A stretch of 64,000 bases of DNA from an uncultured Oscillospiraceae bacterium (GCA_964450865.1 CAYVHB010000014.1:2676-66675); one strand, 5' to 3'. Shown: positions 15,084-24,916, counted from the first letter of the stretch. Notes: generated from the sequence alone by a model not told the origin. Numbers and translations are program-made.

Positions 15084-17417
15084 GTGAAAAAAGTGAAAAC
15101 GCCGGCGAAATCAGATGTCCTGATTGTACGACTACTGTCCCGGACCGTATGCCTGGCCCTGGTCCTGGCCTTGCTGCTGGCCGCACCGCTGGCCCTCGGT
15201 GGCTGTGCCCTGCAGCCGGCGGCCAAAGTGACGCTGGGCAGTGTCTATGACATGAACGCTGACAATTATATTATTGGTGTGCCGCAGGGCGCGGCGTCGA
15301 TGGTGGCCGTGGAAGCAGCCTTTCCCAAGGCCAGGATCGAGTATTTCCAGAGCAACCACGACGGTTACCTGGCCGTTCGCTCAGGCAAGATCGACGCTTA
15401 TGCCTATGACAAGGATCAGATGACCTTTGCCGCCGCCAACCTCGGCGATGTGGAGCTGCTGGATGAGGTGATCCATTCCACCCCCGTGGTGGCGGGGATC
15501 AATCCCCAGCGGACTGATCTGGTGGATCCGGTCAATGCCTTTATTGCCCAGATCAAGGCTGATGGCACTTATGCTGACATGTTCGACCGCTGGGTGACGA
15601 AAGCGACCGGGGTATTGCCCAGCATCCCTGATCCGGCCAGTCCGGTCGGGACTTTGCGCGTCGGTACAGCCGGAACGGTTGAGCCTTTCAGCTACTATGA
15701 CAAGAATCAGCAGCTTTGCGGCTTTGATATTGAGCTGATCCGGCGCCTGGCCCTGTTCATGAATGTGCGTGTTGAGCTGACCGCCCTGGATTTCGGGCCG
15801 ATGCTGGCCGCCCTGGAGGCCGGCAAGCTTGACCTGGTTATTTCCAATCTGCACGATCAGCAGCAAGTCCGGGATATTGTCCTGCTGTCTGATCCGTATA
15901 ATGTCTCGCGGACGGTGATGATGGTCAAAAAGGGCCGCTTCCAGCTGGCCGCCGGCATTCGCAGCATTGCCCAGCTGGCCGGCAAGCAAGTCGGGGTGCT
16001 GACCGGCAACATGCTCGACCAGATCCTGGCCAAGAGTGTGCCATCGGCCGTGCCGGTTTATTTCAATACCTATCCGGACCAGATCACGGCGATCAAGACT
16101 GGCCGCATTGACGCGATGATCCTGGACACGCCGATTGCTGTCCTGTATGCCGCCAATTCCGAGGGCGTATCACTGGTCCAGGAAAAAATGCAGAGTGATG
16201 ACTATGCCCTGGCCCTGAAGCTGGAGAACCAGGCGCTGTATGCCAAAGTCGACGCCGTTGTCGCGGCCCTGAAGGCTGACGGCACGCTGGACCAGATGGC
16301 GAAAAAATGGCTGGAAGGGCCAGCGGAGCAGAAAGTGCTGCCAGACCTGCCCCTGTCCGGCGCGAATGGCACCTTGCGCTTTGGCACCAGTTCCCTGACG
16401 GAGCCGTTTGCGTATCTCAATATCCAGAACCAGATCATCGGCTTCGATGTCGAACTGGCGCGGCGGATTGCCAGTGAGCTGGGCATGAACCTGGAAATTG
16501 TCGACATGGATTTCGCGGCCCTGATCCCGGCCTTGCAGTCCGGCAAGGCCGACATGATTGGTTCCTGTATCACCGTTACCCCGGAACGGTCCAAAATGGT
16601 GCACTTTACCCCCAGTTACTACGCCGGCGGTATCTCGGCGATTGTGGCCGCCCCCTCTGCTGGCAATACCGGTAATGGTAACGGCCAGTCCGGCCCGGCT
16701 GGCTTGAGTTTTTACCAGCGCCTGATCAATAGCTTCAACCGGACTTTTGTGATCGAGTCGCGCTATAAGCTGATCCTGCAGGGTCTGTGGGTGACGGTCC
16801 TGATCTCGGTTATGGCCGCGATCATCGGTTCGATCCTTGGTTTCCTGCTCAGCCTGATGCGCCGCTCCCGCAACAAATGGGCTAGTATCCCGGCCCGGAT
16901 CTACATCAAGGCCATGCAAGGCACGCCGATTGTCGTCCTGCTGCTGATTCTGTATTACATTATTTTCGGGAAAGTCAACATCAGTGCCATTGTCGTGGCC
17001 ATTCTGGCTTTTGCCCTGAACCTGGCCGCCTATGCCGCGGAAATCATCCGTTCCGGGATCGAGGCGGTGGACCGGGGACAGATCGAGGCTGCCAGTGCCC
17101 TGGGCTTTACAAAACTCCAGGTTTTTACACGCATCACCTTTCCCCAGGCCGCCCGTTATATCCTGCCTGTTTTCAAGGGGGAATTGGTTACGACGATCAA
17201 GATGACTTCGGTGGTCGGGTATATAGCGATCCAGGACCTGACGAAAATGAGCGACATCATCCGCAGCCGGACCTATGAAGCGTTCTTCCCGCTGATTGCG
17301 ACCGCGCTGATCTATTTCCTGGTGGCCGCTGCGCTGACATCGCTGCTGACCCGCCTGGAGTTCCGGATTGATCCGAAACGGCGCAAGCGGGCCATCAAGG
17401 GGGTGAGCAGCCGATGA
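15084..17417 (+). CDS. Lipoprotein with two tandem permuted SBP_bac_3 domains fused to an amino-acid ABC permease
   Basis: LALGGC lipobox; two copies of KADGT...W followed by LRxGT...EPFxY...GFD(I/V)EL. C-terminal permease with EAASALG and ITFPQA. Confidence 0.9.
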   Translation: MKKVKTPAKSDVLIVRLLSRTVCLALVLALLLAAPLALGGCALQPAAKVTLGSVYDMNADNYIIGVPQGAASMVAVEAAFPKARIEYFQSNHDGYLAVRSGKIDAYAYDKDQMTFAAANLGDVELLDEVIHSTPVVAGINPQRTDLVDPVNAFIAQIKADGTYADMFDRWVTKATGVLPSIPDPASPVGTLRVGTAGTVEPFSYYDKNQQLCGFDIELIRRLALFMNVRVELTALDFGPMLAALEAGKLDLVISNLHDQQQVRDIVLLSDPYNVSRTVMMVKKGRFQLAAGIRSIAQLAGKQVGVLTGNMLDQILAKSVPSAVPVYFNTYPDQITAIKTGRIDAMILDTPIAVLYAANSEGVSLVQEKMQSDDYALALKLENQALYAKVDAVVAALKADGTLDQMAKKWLEGPAEQKVLPDLPLSGANGTLRFGTSSLTEPFAYLNIQNQIIGFDVELARRIASELGMNLEIVDMDFAALIPALQSGKADMIGSCITVTPERSKMVHFTPSYYAGGISAIVAAPSAGNTGNGNGQSGPAGLSFYQRLINSFNRTFVIESRYKLILQGLWVTVLISVMAAIIGSILGFLLSLMRRSRNKWASIPARIYIKAMQGTPIVVLLLILYYIIFGKVNISAIVVAILAFALNLAAYAAEIIRSGIEAVDRGQIEAASALGFTKLQVFTRITFPQAARYILPVFKGELVTTIKMTSVVGYIAIQDLTKMSDIIRSRTYEAFFPLIATALIYFLVAAALTSLLTRLEFRIDPKRRKRAIKGVSSR

Positions 17418-18580
17418 AGATCCAGGTATCCCATCTGGTCAAGCAGTTTGGTTCAAATGTTGTGCTCAAGGATGTGAATGTCGAGATCGGCCGTGGCGAG
17501 ATTGTCTCGATCATTGGGCCGTCGGGGACCGGCAAAAGCACGCTGTTGCGCTGTATCAATCTGCTTGAGACGCCCTCAGGCGGTTCGATCCAGATTGATG
17601 GCGTCGATCTCCAGGCGCGCGGGACCAATATCCATAAGCTGCGCCAGAAAATGGGCATGGTTTTCCAGTCGTTCAACCTCTTCGCCCATCTGATGGTGAT
17701 TGAGAATATCATGCTCGGCCCGCTTGATCTGCTGAAAATGCCACCACAGACAGCCTATAATGAGGCGATGCAGCTGCTGGGCCAGGTTGGCCTGATCGAC
17801 AAGGCCCTCGCCTATCCGGATGAGCTTTCCGGCGGCCAGAAGCAGCGGGTGGCCATCGCCCGGGCCCTGGCGATGCATCCGGAGATCATCCTGCTCGATG
17901 AGCCGACCAGCGCCCTGGATCCGACGATGATTGGCGAGGTTCTGGCCGTGCTGCGCAATCTGGCCCGGGCCGGCCTGGCCATGATCATCGTTACCCATGA
18001 AATGAAATTTGCGGCAGAAATATCAACACGGGTCCTGTACATGGACGAGGGAATTATCTACGAGGACGGACCGCCGGCCCAGATTTTCCAGCATCCGCAA
18101 CGGGAGAAAACCCGGGCTTTTGTTAAGCGGATCAAGAGCTTTACGACGGAGATCCGCTCGCGGACCTTTGACTTTTACGGTCTTGTGTCCCAGATCGAGG
18201 ACTTTGGCCGGCGCCAGATCCTGGAGCTGCACCAGATTCATGACATCCAGCTGGTCCTTGAGGAACTGGTTGTTTTGCAGCTGCTGCCGCACCAGACCGG
18301 GAGCGAGCCGTATGTCAAGATCAATGTCAGTCACGTGGAAAGCAGCGGCGATATTGAGATCTCGCTGAATTATGGCGGACCGGCCTGGAATCCGCTGGCG
18401 TCCATGACGACTGAGCCGGCCGCCAGCCCAGCCGCCGCGGAGCCGGCCGCCAGCCCAGCCGCTGCGGAGCCTGGCGACGACCTGTCGCTACGGCTTTTGC
18501 GGCATAAGATCAAGACAGCCAGCTATTCTTATGCTGAAGCCGACGGAATGAACACGCTGCTCATCCTGATCCGGGGCTGA
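17414..18580 (+). CDS. Second amino-acid ABC ATPase (GlnQ-like) fused to a C-terminal RsbW-like domain
   Basis: GPSGTGKST, LSGGQKQR, LLDEPTSALD. C-term DIQLVLEELV...ISLNYGGPAWNPL...SYSYAEADGMNTLLI. 27-bp duplication at 18413-18466 (EPAASPAAA x2). Confidence 0.9.
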   Translation: MKIQVSHLVKQFGSNVVLKDVNVEIGRGEIVSIIGPSGTGKSTLLRCINLLETPSGGSIQIDGVDLQARGTNIHKLRQKMGMVFQSFNLFAHLMVIENIMLGPLDLLKMPPQTAYNEAMQLLGQVGLIDKALAYPDELSGGQKQRVAIARALAMHPEIILLDEPTSALDPTMIGEVLAVLRNLARAGLAMIIVTHEMKFAAEISTRVLYMDEGIIYEDGPPAQIFQHPQREKTRAFVKRIKSFTTEIRSRTFDFYGLVSQIEDFGRRQILELHQIHDIQLVLEELVVLQLLPHQTGSEPYVKINVSHVESSGDIEISLNYGGPAWNPLASMTTEPAASPAAAEPAASPAAAEPGDDLSLRLLRHKIKTASYSYAEADGMNTLLILIRG

Positions 18581-18638
18581 TCGGGCAAGAGAATATCCGG
18601 ATCGGCCAGCCGGTACAAGCACCCTCCCTGGCCAGGCC

Positions 18639-19427
18639 TCACAGGCCGAGCAGGCGGCGGGCGTTGCCATCGAAAATGGCGGCCTTTTCCATGTCGGTCA
18701 GCGGCAAATGCCGAAGCAGGCGCTGTTCCAGGGCTGGTACGCTCCATGGTGCGTCACTGCCATACAGGATGCGGCCGACGCCGTGATTGCGGATGATGCG
18801 GGTAGCCAGTGGCAGGGGGATATTGGCAAAGCTATAGGACGTATCCAGGTAGACGGGCTTGCCGACGAGCTCGCGTTCGACTTCTTCCCAGAGCATGTAG
18901 CCGCCAAAATGGGCTGCAACGACCGGCGCGCCGGCAAAGCAGGGGAGAATCCGTGCCAGGGCCCGTGGCCGGGAACGGCCCGGGACATCGAATCCGATAT
19001 CCAGTCCGGCGTGAAAGACCGTGATGAAACCCATTTCGGCGATCAGCTGATAAATGGGCAGCATCGCCGGATCGTCGACCTCAAAATTCTGGTATTCGGG
19101 ATGGAATTTGATCCCCTTGATGCCGGCTTCGCGCAACATATGCAATTGTTCGAGAATATTGGCTGACTGGGGATGAATGGAACCGAAGAAGAACAGATTA
19201 TCCGTATTGTTCTCGATGGCGAAGCGATTGACGGACGTCTCCTGCCCGGGTCGGGTCGCGATAGAAAGGACAACACCAAAGTCAACACCGTCACGCTGCA
19301 ACAGGTTCTTCAGCCCCTGGACCGTGCCATCAAAACACGACTCCATACCGCCGCTTTTATGAGAAAGCGTCGCCAGGGCGCGCTCAGCCAGCTGGTCAGG
19401 GAAAGCATGCAGGTGGAAATCGATCAT
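18639..19427 (-). CDS. Amidohydrolase_2 family metal-dependent hydrolase
   Basis: IDFHLH, GIKFHP, VFHAG, VAAHFG, YLDTS, LYGSDAPW. Confidence 0.85.
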   Translation of the reverse strand: MIDFHLHAFPDQLAERALATLSHKSGGMESCFDGTVQGLKNLLQRDGVDFGVVLSIATRPGQETSVNRFAIENNTDNLFFFGSIHPQSANILEQLHMLREAGIKGIKFHPEYQNFEVDDPAMLPIYQLIAEMGFITVFHAGLDIGFDVPGRSRPRALARILPCFAGAPVVAAHFGGYMLWEEVERELVGKPVYLDTSYSFANIPLPLATRIIRNHGVGRILYGSDAPWSVPALEQRLLRHLPLTDMEKAAIFDGNARRLLGL

Positions 19428-19624
19428 AAGTGCCTCCTGGTATGGCCGGGTTCCATCGTCCTTGGGCTACAGGAACCGGGTCAAGATTTCAGAACAAGAT
19501 TGAGAACAAGATTGATGGTCACGGCTGGCGCATGACAGGCGAACACGCTCAGCAGTCACGGCCTGAATAGATCAATATTCTAATCGTATCCGGTGCAAAT
19601 GACAATGAATTCGCGAGGTTTGTT

Positions 19625-19945
19625 ATGGGTATTTTTTATCAGGTGACAGATGGCCTGGTCACGATATTTCTCGGCGAACGCCTGGATATGGCCCAGTCCG
19701 CTGAATTTGAAGCTGAATTGGATACCTGCCTGCCCTTGGTTCGTCAGGGACTTTGCCTGGATTGCTCGCGTCTGGTATATTTGAGCAGTGCGGGCTTGCG
19801 GGTCATTTTGAAGGGAGCCCGGCTGATGAAGGCTGCCAGTCAGCCCTACCAGATGACGCAAGTGCAAGACGATGTCTATAAGGTTCTGAACCTGTCCGGA
19901 TTTACCCAGATCGTCAGGATCAGCCGGCAGACTCAAACCGATTGA
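19625..19945 (+). CDS. STAS-domain anti-sigma factor antagonist
   Basis: LGERLD...LDCSRLVYLSSAGLRVIL...VLNLSGF. Confidence 0.9.
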   Translation: MGIFYQVTDGLVTIFLGERLDMAQSAEFEAELDTCLPLVRQGLCLDCSRLVYLSSAGLRVILKGARLMKAASQPYQMTQVQDDVYKVLNLSGFTQIVRISRQTQTD

Positions 19946-20083
19946 CGGATGGTGCGGCTGTGGCTGAAGAGACCGATACAGACACCGCCGGATTAATGAT
20001 CAGGTATGGCCGGATCAATTTAATGATCAGGTTGTATCTATTATAACAGCGGTTCACAGCAGCGATCATGGGTGAGGGGCTTT

Positions 20084-21721
20084 ATGCTGATTAACGAAAG
20101 CTGGCAGCCGGTTGCGGCGACAGATGGCATCGAAATTTATCCATTCATCAGAAAACCCAATTTTTCCTGTTCCAATTCGTTTGTTTTATCGACGGATCAG
20201 TGGATCATTCTGATCGATCCGGGTGCCGATGCTGGCCAGATGAGTAAAATACGTCAGACTGTCAGCCAGGCCCTGGCGGCCCGGCCTCGTCCGGTCCTGG
20301 TCCTGCTGACCCATTGTCACGTCGACCACTGGGTGGCCGCTTTTGCTGATCCGCTTTTTCGCCAGCTGGGCGAGGTCAGAATCGCCGCCCATCAGCAGGG
20401 TGCGGCTTATATCATGGATAAAAACAAGGTCATGACCATGTCAGACCTGGCCGGCCTGCCGCTGCCGGACGCAATCGTTGATCTGCCATTGTTTGCCAGT
20501 CAGCCAGGTCCGCCCCATCGCCTGGCCCTGGCCATCGGCTCCCGGGATATTGCACTGATTGATCCCATGCCGGGACACAGCCCGGACAGTATATGTATCC
20601 AGATTGGCAACCTGCTTTTTGCCGGGGACTTCTTTTTCGCCCTTGATTATCTGATCGCCGGCCTCAATGGCTGGGATCGTGATGCCATGGGGCAATCCAT
20701 CGAGCGGATGCAGGAGCTGGCCCGGCAAGATCAGATCGGACTATTCTGTACCGGCCACGGCAATCCCTTTCCAGCCGCCGATGCCAGGCTGATCCTGCAA
20801 AAAATGCAGCGGCAGATAACCCGGATGCCGGTTTTACCCGAATTGAATATGCAGCATATCCGGACCTCGGCCGCCTATGCCGTGGAGATGATGAATGAGC
20901 TGCATGATACCATGGCGGTTATGACCGGGCGGCTGTATGCCCTGAGTTATTATCTGGAGATGCTCGGTGAAGAGGTGCGTTCAGCGAAATACACCGCACA
21001 GCTTGATACAGCCGCCCTGGATGATCTCGTGCAGACCTATCAGGAATTCGCCGAGCGTTACACCACTGGTGATCTGATCGATTTTCACCTGCTCAAAAAG
21101 GTTGGTCAGATCATCGCGAAAATGGAGCGTTTATTGTCAGGCCAGCAAGGGGAAAGCATCATCGATGCAAGGTTACTCCAGCGGCTCTCGTGGACATTTG
21201 GCGATTTTATCAAGGCAACCGGGGGTATGCCCCTGGAGGTTATCGGCGAGGATACCGATCTGGATAGCCTGGTGGCTGATCTGTTGCAATCACTGCAGAG
21301 AAAGGCCGATCCTGGGCAAATGATGGCCGCGCTGGACAGCGAGACACAGTTTGTGGATGGGCTGGTGAACCGGCTGGCTGACGCGACCCTATTCCGGAAA
21401 GTCAAGCTGGATTTTAAGGCGGCTGGCAGATTGCCCGCTGTCAACTTGCATCGGGCCCGGTTCCGCGATGCCCTGAGCGGCCTGCTCGAGGAAATCGCCG
21501 CGCTTGACACCCGCCGGATTGAGCTGCAAACCCGGATTGCCGACGGCACCCCGGCAGCAGTCTGGCTGACGGTGAGCAGCCCCGATGGTATGGATGAGGC
21601 CGCGCTCAATGCCCGGAAATGGCCGATGTATCAACGCAAATTTGCCTTGCAGGGCATCAGCCTGACCCTTGAGCAAGGGCAAAACGGCCAGGTCATACAC
21701 CTGGCCCTGCCAGTGAGCTGA
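20084..21721 (+). CDS. MBL-fold metallohydrolase fused to a degenerate histidine-kinase-like (HisKA/HATPase) region
   Basis: LIDPG, THCHVDH, PGHSPD, FAGD, GHG. Then NELHDTMAVMTG (H-box-like) and a HATPase-like C-terminus lacking N/G boxes. Alternative start GTG 20072. Confidence 0.75.
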   Translation: MLINESWQPVAATDGIEIYPFIRKPNFSCSNSFVLSTDQWIILIDPGADAGQMSKIRQTVSQALAARPRPVLVLLTHCHVDHWVAAFADPLFRQLGEVRIAAHQQGAAYIMDKNKVMTMSDLAGLPLPDAIVDLPLFASQPGPPHRLALAIGSRDIALIDPMPGHSPDSICIQIGNLLFAGDFFFALDYLIAGLNGWDRDAMGQSIERMQELARQDQIGLFCTGHGNPFPAADARLILQKMQRQITRMPVLPELNMQHIRTSAAYAVEMMNELHDTMAVMTGRLYALSYYLEMLGEEVRSAKYTAQLDTAALDDLVQTYQEFAERYTTGDLIDFHLLKKVGQIIAKMERLLSGQQGESIIDARLLQRLSWTFGDFIKATGGMPLEVIGEDTDLDSLVADLLQSLQRKADPGQMMAALDSETQFVDGLVNRLADATLFRKVKLDFKAAGRLPAVNLHRARFRDALSGLLEEIAALDTRRIELQTRIADGTPAAVWLTVSSPDGMDEAALNARKWPMYQRKFALQGISLTLEQGQNGQVIHLALPVS

Positions 21722-21766
21722 TTGTTCAAATTTCAGACAATATCACGTTTATCAATGACCGGTGTA

Positions 21767-23575
21767 TCAGACCGGTTCGCCAGGGGTCACGAATTCCGGC
21801 TTCGGACTGCCGGACCCTTCCCTGTAGAAGACGCTGTGGCCGCTGGTTTTTTTCGCGGTGTACATGGCGTGATCGCTCTGGCGGATGATGCTCTCCAGGT
21901 CTTCGCCCGGCTCATAGCGGGAGACCCCGATACTGATGCCCGCTTCATAGGCTCGCGCATCAATCACGATCGGTTCACAAAATTGCCCGACTACCTGGTT
22001 GACAGTCTGGGAGATATCTCCCGTCTGGCGGTTGAGCCAGGTAAAGATCACGAACTCGTCTCCGCCATAACGGCAGACCAGGTCCCGCTCGTGAAAGCAG
22101 GCCTGGATGCGCCGGCTGGCCTCGATCAGGACGCCATCGCCGACGCCGTGGCCGTACTGGTCGTTGATAGCCTTGAATTTGTCCAGATCCATAAACAGGA
22201 TATAAAGCGCCTGACCGGGCGGGACGGATATGCCCTTGTCGAGGATGGCATTCAGGCAGAAGCGATTCTTGAGACCGGTCAGGGGATCGATGTTGATCGA
22301 CATCTCCAGCTGGTTCTTCTGTCGATAGGCGTCGAAGAAGTTCATCATCGTCAGATAGGAAAAGAGGATCAGCATATACAGGAATGCGTAGGGAATAAGG
22401 CTAAAATCCGGCTCGGTATACAGCTCATGCAAGACCGCCGGTATCACAACGGCATAGGACAGAAGCATCAGGACCGCGCCCTTGCGGTGCTGGCGCAACC
22501 CCTGAATCAGGATATAGGAGAAATAAACCAGGCTAAGCACGACCAGGTTGACAAAGTACGGGTATAGTCTGCCGTATACTGTATTGGGCGTGAACAGGGT
22601 CAGGAACACGATCGCCAGGATCAGGCCGCGTGCGCTCCATTTGATGGCCGCGTAGCGGGGCGTGAACTGCAGGTGAAAAAACATCAGGACCAGAACGGGT
22701 AATAGCAGGTAGCCGACCATGAACTCGATGCGGACCGCCAGATCCCAGGGCATTGTTGGCAGGTAATCATAAATCTGGCGATGACCGCGCACAATCACCC
22801 GCACCACCAGCAGGAAACAGGCAATGGAGAGGTGCAGTGAGGCGATGAAGTCGCGATTGACGGTAAAGGTGGACAGAAAAAACAGCCCCAGGACCAGGCT
22901 GAAGGTCAGCAGGAAAATTTCCAGGTTTTTCTGCGCGGTGACATGGGCGTTGAGCACGGATTCGGTTCCCAGCCGTATTGCTTTCCAGAAACCGCCATCC
23001 ATGTAGTCAAAGTTGGCAACCTCCAGCAGGAACAGGGCCTGGCCGTTCGCATCCGCGTGAAAATAGCCAGTCTGGCTGTGCCAGGCGGGTACGTAGTCCG
23101 CCTGGCGGTCAGCGACCGTGCCGTTTTCGATGATCAGTCTCCCGTTGATCAGCAGCCGGTAAGCGCTGGCCTGATCGAGAATATTGACTGCATAATGCGT
23201 GTCCGGATTGAGCCCGCTCACTCGCAGCCGGTAGGTGGCCACGCCGGTGACGCCACCGCCTGGTCCGGGCTGTCTCAGCCAGTGGTCGGGTACGGTGCGA
23301 TATTCGCTGGTCCGGGTGCCGGCCATATTGGCAATATCATTAATCCGCAGATTGGGGTAATATTGCCATTGACCGCCCAGTATGACGACGTCACGGCCGG
23401 GCCAGTTGCCCAGGTCAAGCTGGCCCGCTGTCGCCTGTACCGATCTGGATGTTGCTTCGAGATGAAGCGTCTGGCTGATGAGCATCGCTGCGGTTGCAAG
23501 CAAAATCAGTGCCAGGATCACCCAGGGCACGAGTCTGCTTGCTATTTGTGCGGTCGATCGGCTTGCGATTGGCAT
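21767..23575 (-). CDS. 7TM-DISM-type sensor diguanylate cyclase (GGDEF)
   Basis: Extracellular LGGQWQYYP...VPDHW...GVATYRL, multiple TM helices, DPLTGLKNR...MDLDKFKAIND.YGH..GD...RYGGDEF. Confidence 0.88.
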   Translation of the reverse strand: MPIASRSTAQIASRLVPWVILALILLATAAMLISQTLHLEATSRSVQATAGQLDLGNWPGRDVVILGGQWQYYPNLRINDIANMAGTRTSEYRTVPDHWLRQPGPGGGVTGVATYRLRVSGLNPDTHYAVNILDQASAYRLLINGRLIIENGTVADRQADYVPAWHSQTGYFHADANGQALFLLEVANFDYMDGGFWKAIRLGTESVLNAHVTAQKNLEIFLLTFSLVLGLFFLSTFTVNRDFIASLHLSIACFLLVVRVIVRGHRQIYDYLPTMPWDLAVRIEFMVGYLLLPVLVLMFFHLQFTPRYAAIKWSARGLILAIVFLTLFTPNTVYGRLYPYFVNLVVLSLVYFSYILIQGLRQHRKGAVLMLLSYAVVIPAVLHELYTEPDFSLIPYAFLYMLILFSYLTMMNFFDAYRQKNQLEMSINIDPLTGLKNRFCLNAILDKGISVPPGQALYILFMDLDKFKAINDQYGHGVGDGVLIEASRRIQACFHERDLVCRYGGDEFVIFTWLNRQTGDISQTVNQVVGQFCEPIVIDARAYEAGISIGVSRYEPGEDLESIIRQSDHAMYTAKKTSGHSVFYREGSGSPKPEFVTPGEPV

Positions 23576-23669
23576 ACAGCGCCCCTGTTATCGTTTGCGT
23601 GCCGGATACTTTATGATGTGCCCGTAGCCGGTCCACCCGCCGGCCGCCGCGAATTTGCCGTCCGATCAT

Positions 23670-24455
23670 TCACATGTAAGTGATTTTGACTTCGGCGAAG
23701 TTGACCGTTCCGGTCAGTTTCAGGCGGGGGGCGTCAGGCGCCGGTGTTACGCCACCCGGATCGGTCACCGCTCCGGCAAAGGTACTGATCTGGTTGCTGA
23801 CCTGCCAGGTTCGCGGCACAGTCAGCACGACGCCGGAGAAATGAACGCTGACGATAACCTCAAGGCCTTCCGGACTGATCCGGCATTGATCAAAATAGAC
23901 GCGTGTCGAAGCAAAGTGGCTGTTGATCAGGACCTTGCGCAGATTATTGCCTTGCAGATGGCGGATATGTTCGCCAAAGCTGGAATCAATGCTGACAAAC
24001 TCATCATCGGTCAGGATGGTTTCCGAACGGCTGGCGGTACCTTCAGCCGCAGGACCGCCGGCGCCGTCGGCCGGGTGGCCGCCCGTGTAGACATATTGGC
24101 CTGCAGGCTGGCCGGTTGACGATGGCCCCTGGCCGGTCCGGTGTGAGCGCCGCGGGTGAAAGAGTACGGTCAGGCCGATGCCCAGCAAGGCGGTACCGCC
24201 CAGCAGCCAGTAAGGATTGAGGGTGGCCAATCCGAGCGCATCGCGCCAGAGGTAGACAATCAGGGCCAGCGGCAGCATAATCAGCAGAAAACGGACCCTG
24301 GGTATACCGGTTGCCGCCAGGCCGAGCAGCAGGATGCTGCCGACAATCCGGAAGATGTCGTAGGTTTCACCCAGGCCCATGGCCTTGAGTACCAGCAGGA
24401 TACCCGCGCCGATGACCAATATGCCCCAGAACCACTTGTGTGCTTTCATTTCCAA
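23670..24455 (-). CDS. LiaF-like membrane protein (LiaF TM + DUF2154-like C-domain)
   Basis: Four N-terminal TM helices. C-term SSFGEHIRH...HFSGVVLTVPRTWQV...LTGTVNFAEVKITY. Confidence 0.7.
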   Translation of the reverse strand: MEMKAHKWFWGILVIGAGILLVLKAMGLGETYDIFRIVGSILLLGLAATGIPRVRFLLIMLPLALIVYLWRDALGLATLNPYWLLGGTALLGIGLTVLFHPRRSHRTGQGPSSTGQPAGQYVYTGGHPADGAGGPAAEGTASRSETILTDDEFVSIDSSFGEHIRHLQGNNLRKVLINSHFASTRVYFDQCRISPEGLEVIVSVHFSGVVLTVPRTWQVSNQISTFAGAVTDPGGVTPAPDAPRLKLTGTVNFAEVKITYM

Positions 24456-24840
24456 TCAAACCTCACTTCCTGCCGTATGGAAACCACAACATCCCCGCAG
24501 CGTCTGGCGGCGTTGTTATTGTGGCCAATGTCATTATTGTACGCCAGATCGGGCATAAAACACAGGGGGATCTGCAATTCAGCAGGTCCCGGGCGATGCT
24601 GATCCGTGTCAGCCAGTTCGAACTGGCCCGCGTCAGCTGCTGGTCGGCGCCAGTCTGCCCGGATCCGATTTTGTCAGCAACTGGGCCTCCTGGCAACCGG
24701 CCAGTGCCAGTGTTTTCATTTGCGCTGCAGCCCCTGACCTGATTTGTGCTATGATTGAATCAGGACGACGAAGCTTGAGAGCCTCATGACGGATCACCTG
24801 AAGATGATGACAAATCGCACAAAGTTGGAAAGAACTAAAT

Positions 24841-24916
24841 TGGCAGATGGGCATGAACGGGACAAAAGGCTGGCAGATGGGCATGAATGAGCAAAAGGTT
24901 GGCGGATAATCATGAA
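24841..24916. repeat. Three ~30-bp imperfect tandem repeats, the last containing the CDF start codon
   Basis: TGGCAGATGGGCATGAA at 24841 and 24871; TGGCGGATAATCATGAA at 24900. Confidence 0.85.

Noticed and set aside
21722-22567. 281-aa plus-strand ORF
   Set aside because: Antisense shadow of the GGDEF gene; no motifs of its own.
24612-24627. 16-bp perfect palindrome GCCAGTTCGAACTGGC
   Set aside because: A single occurrence with no promoter or U-tract context; function cannot be supported.
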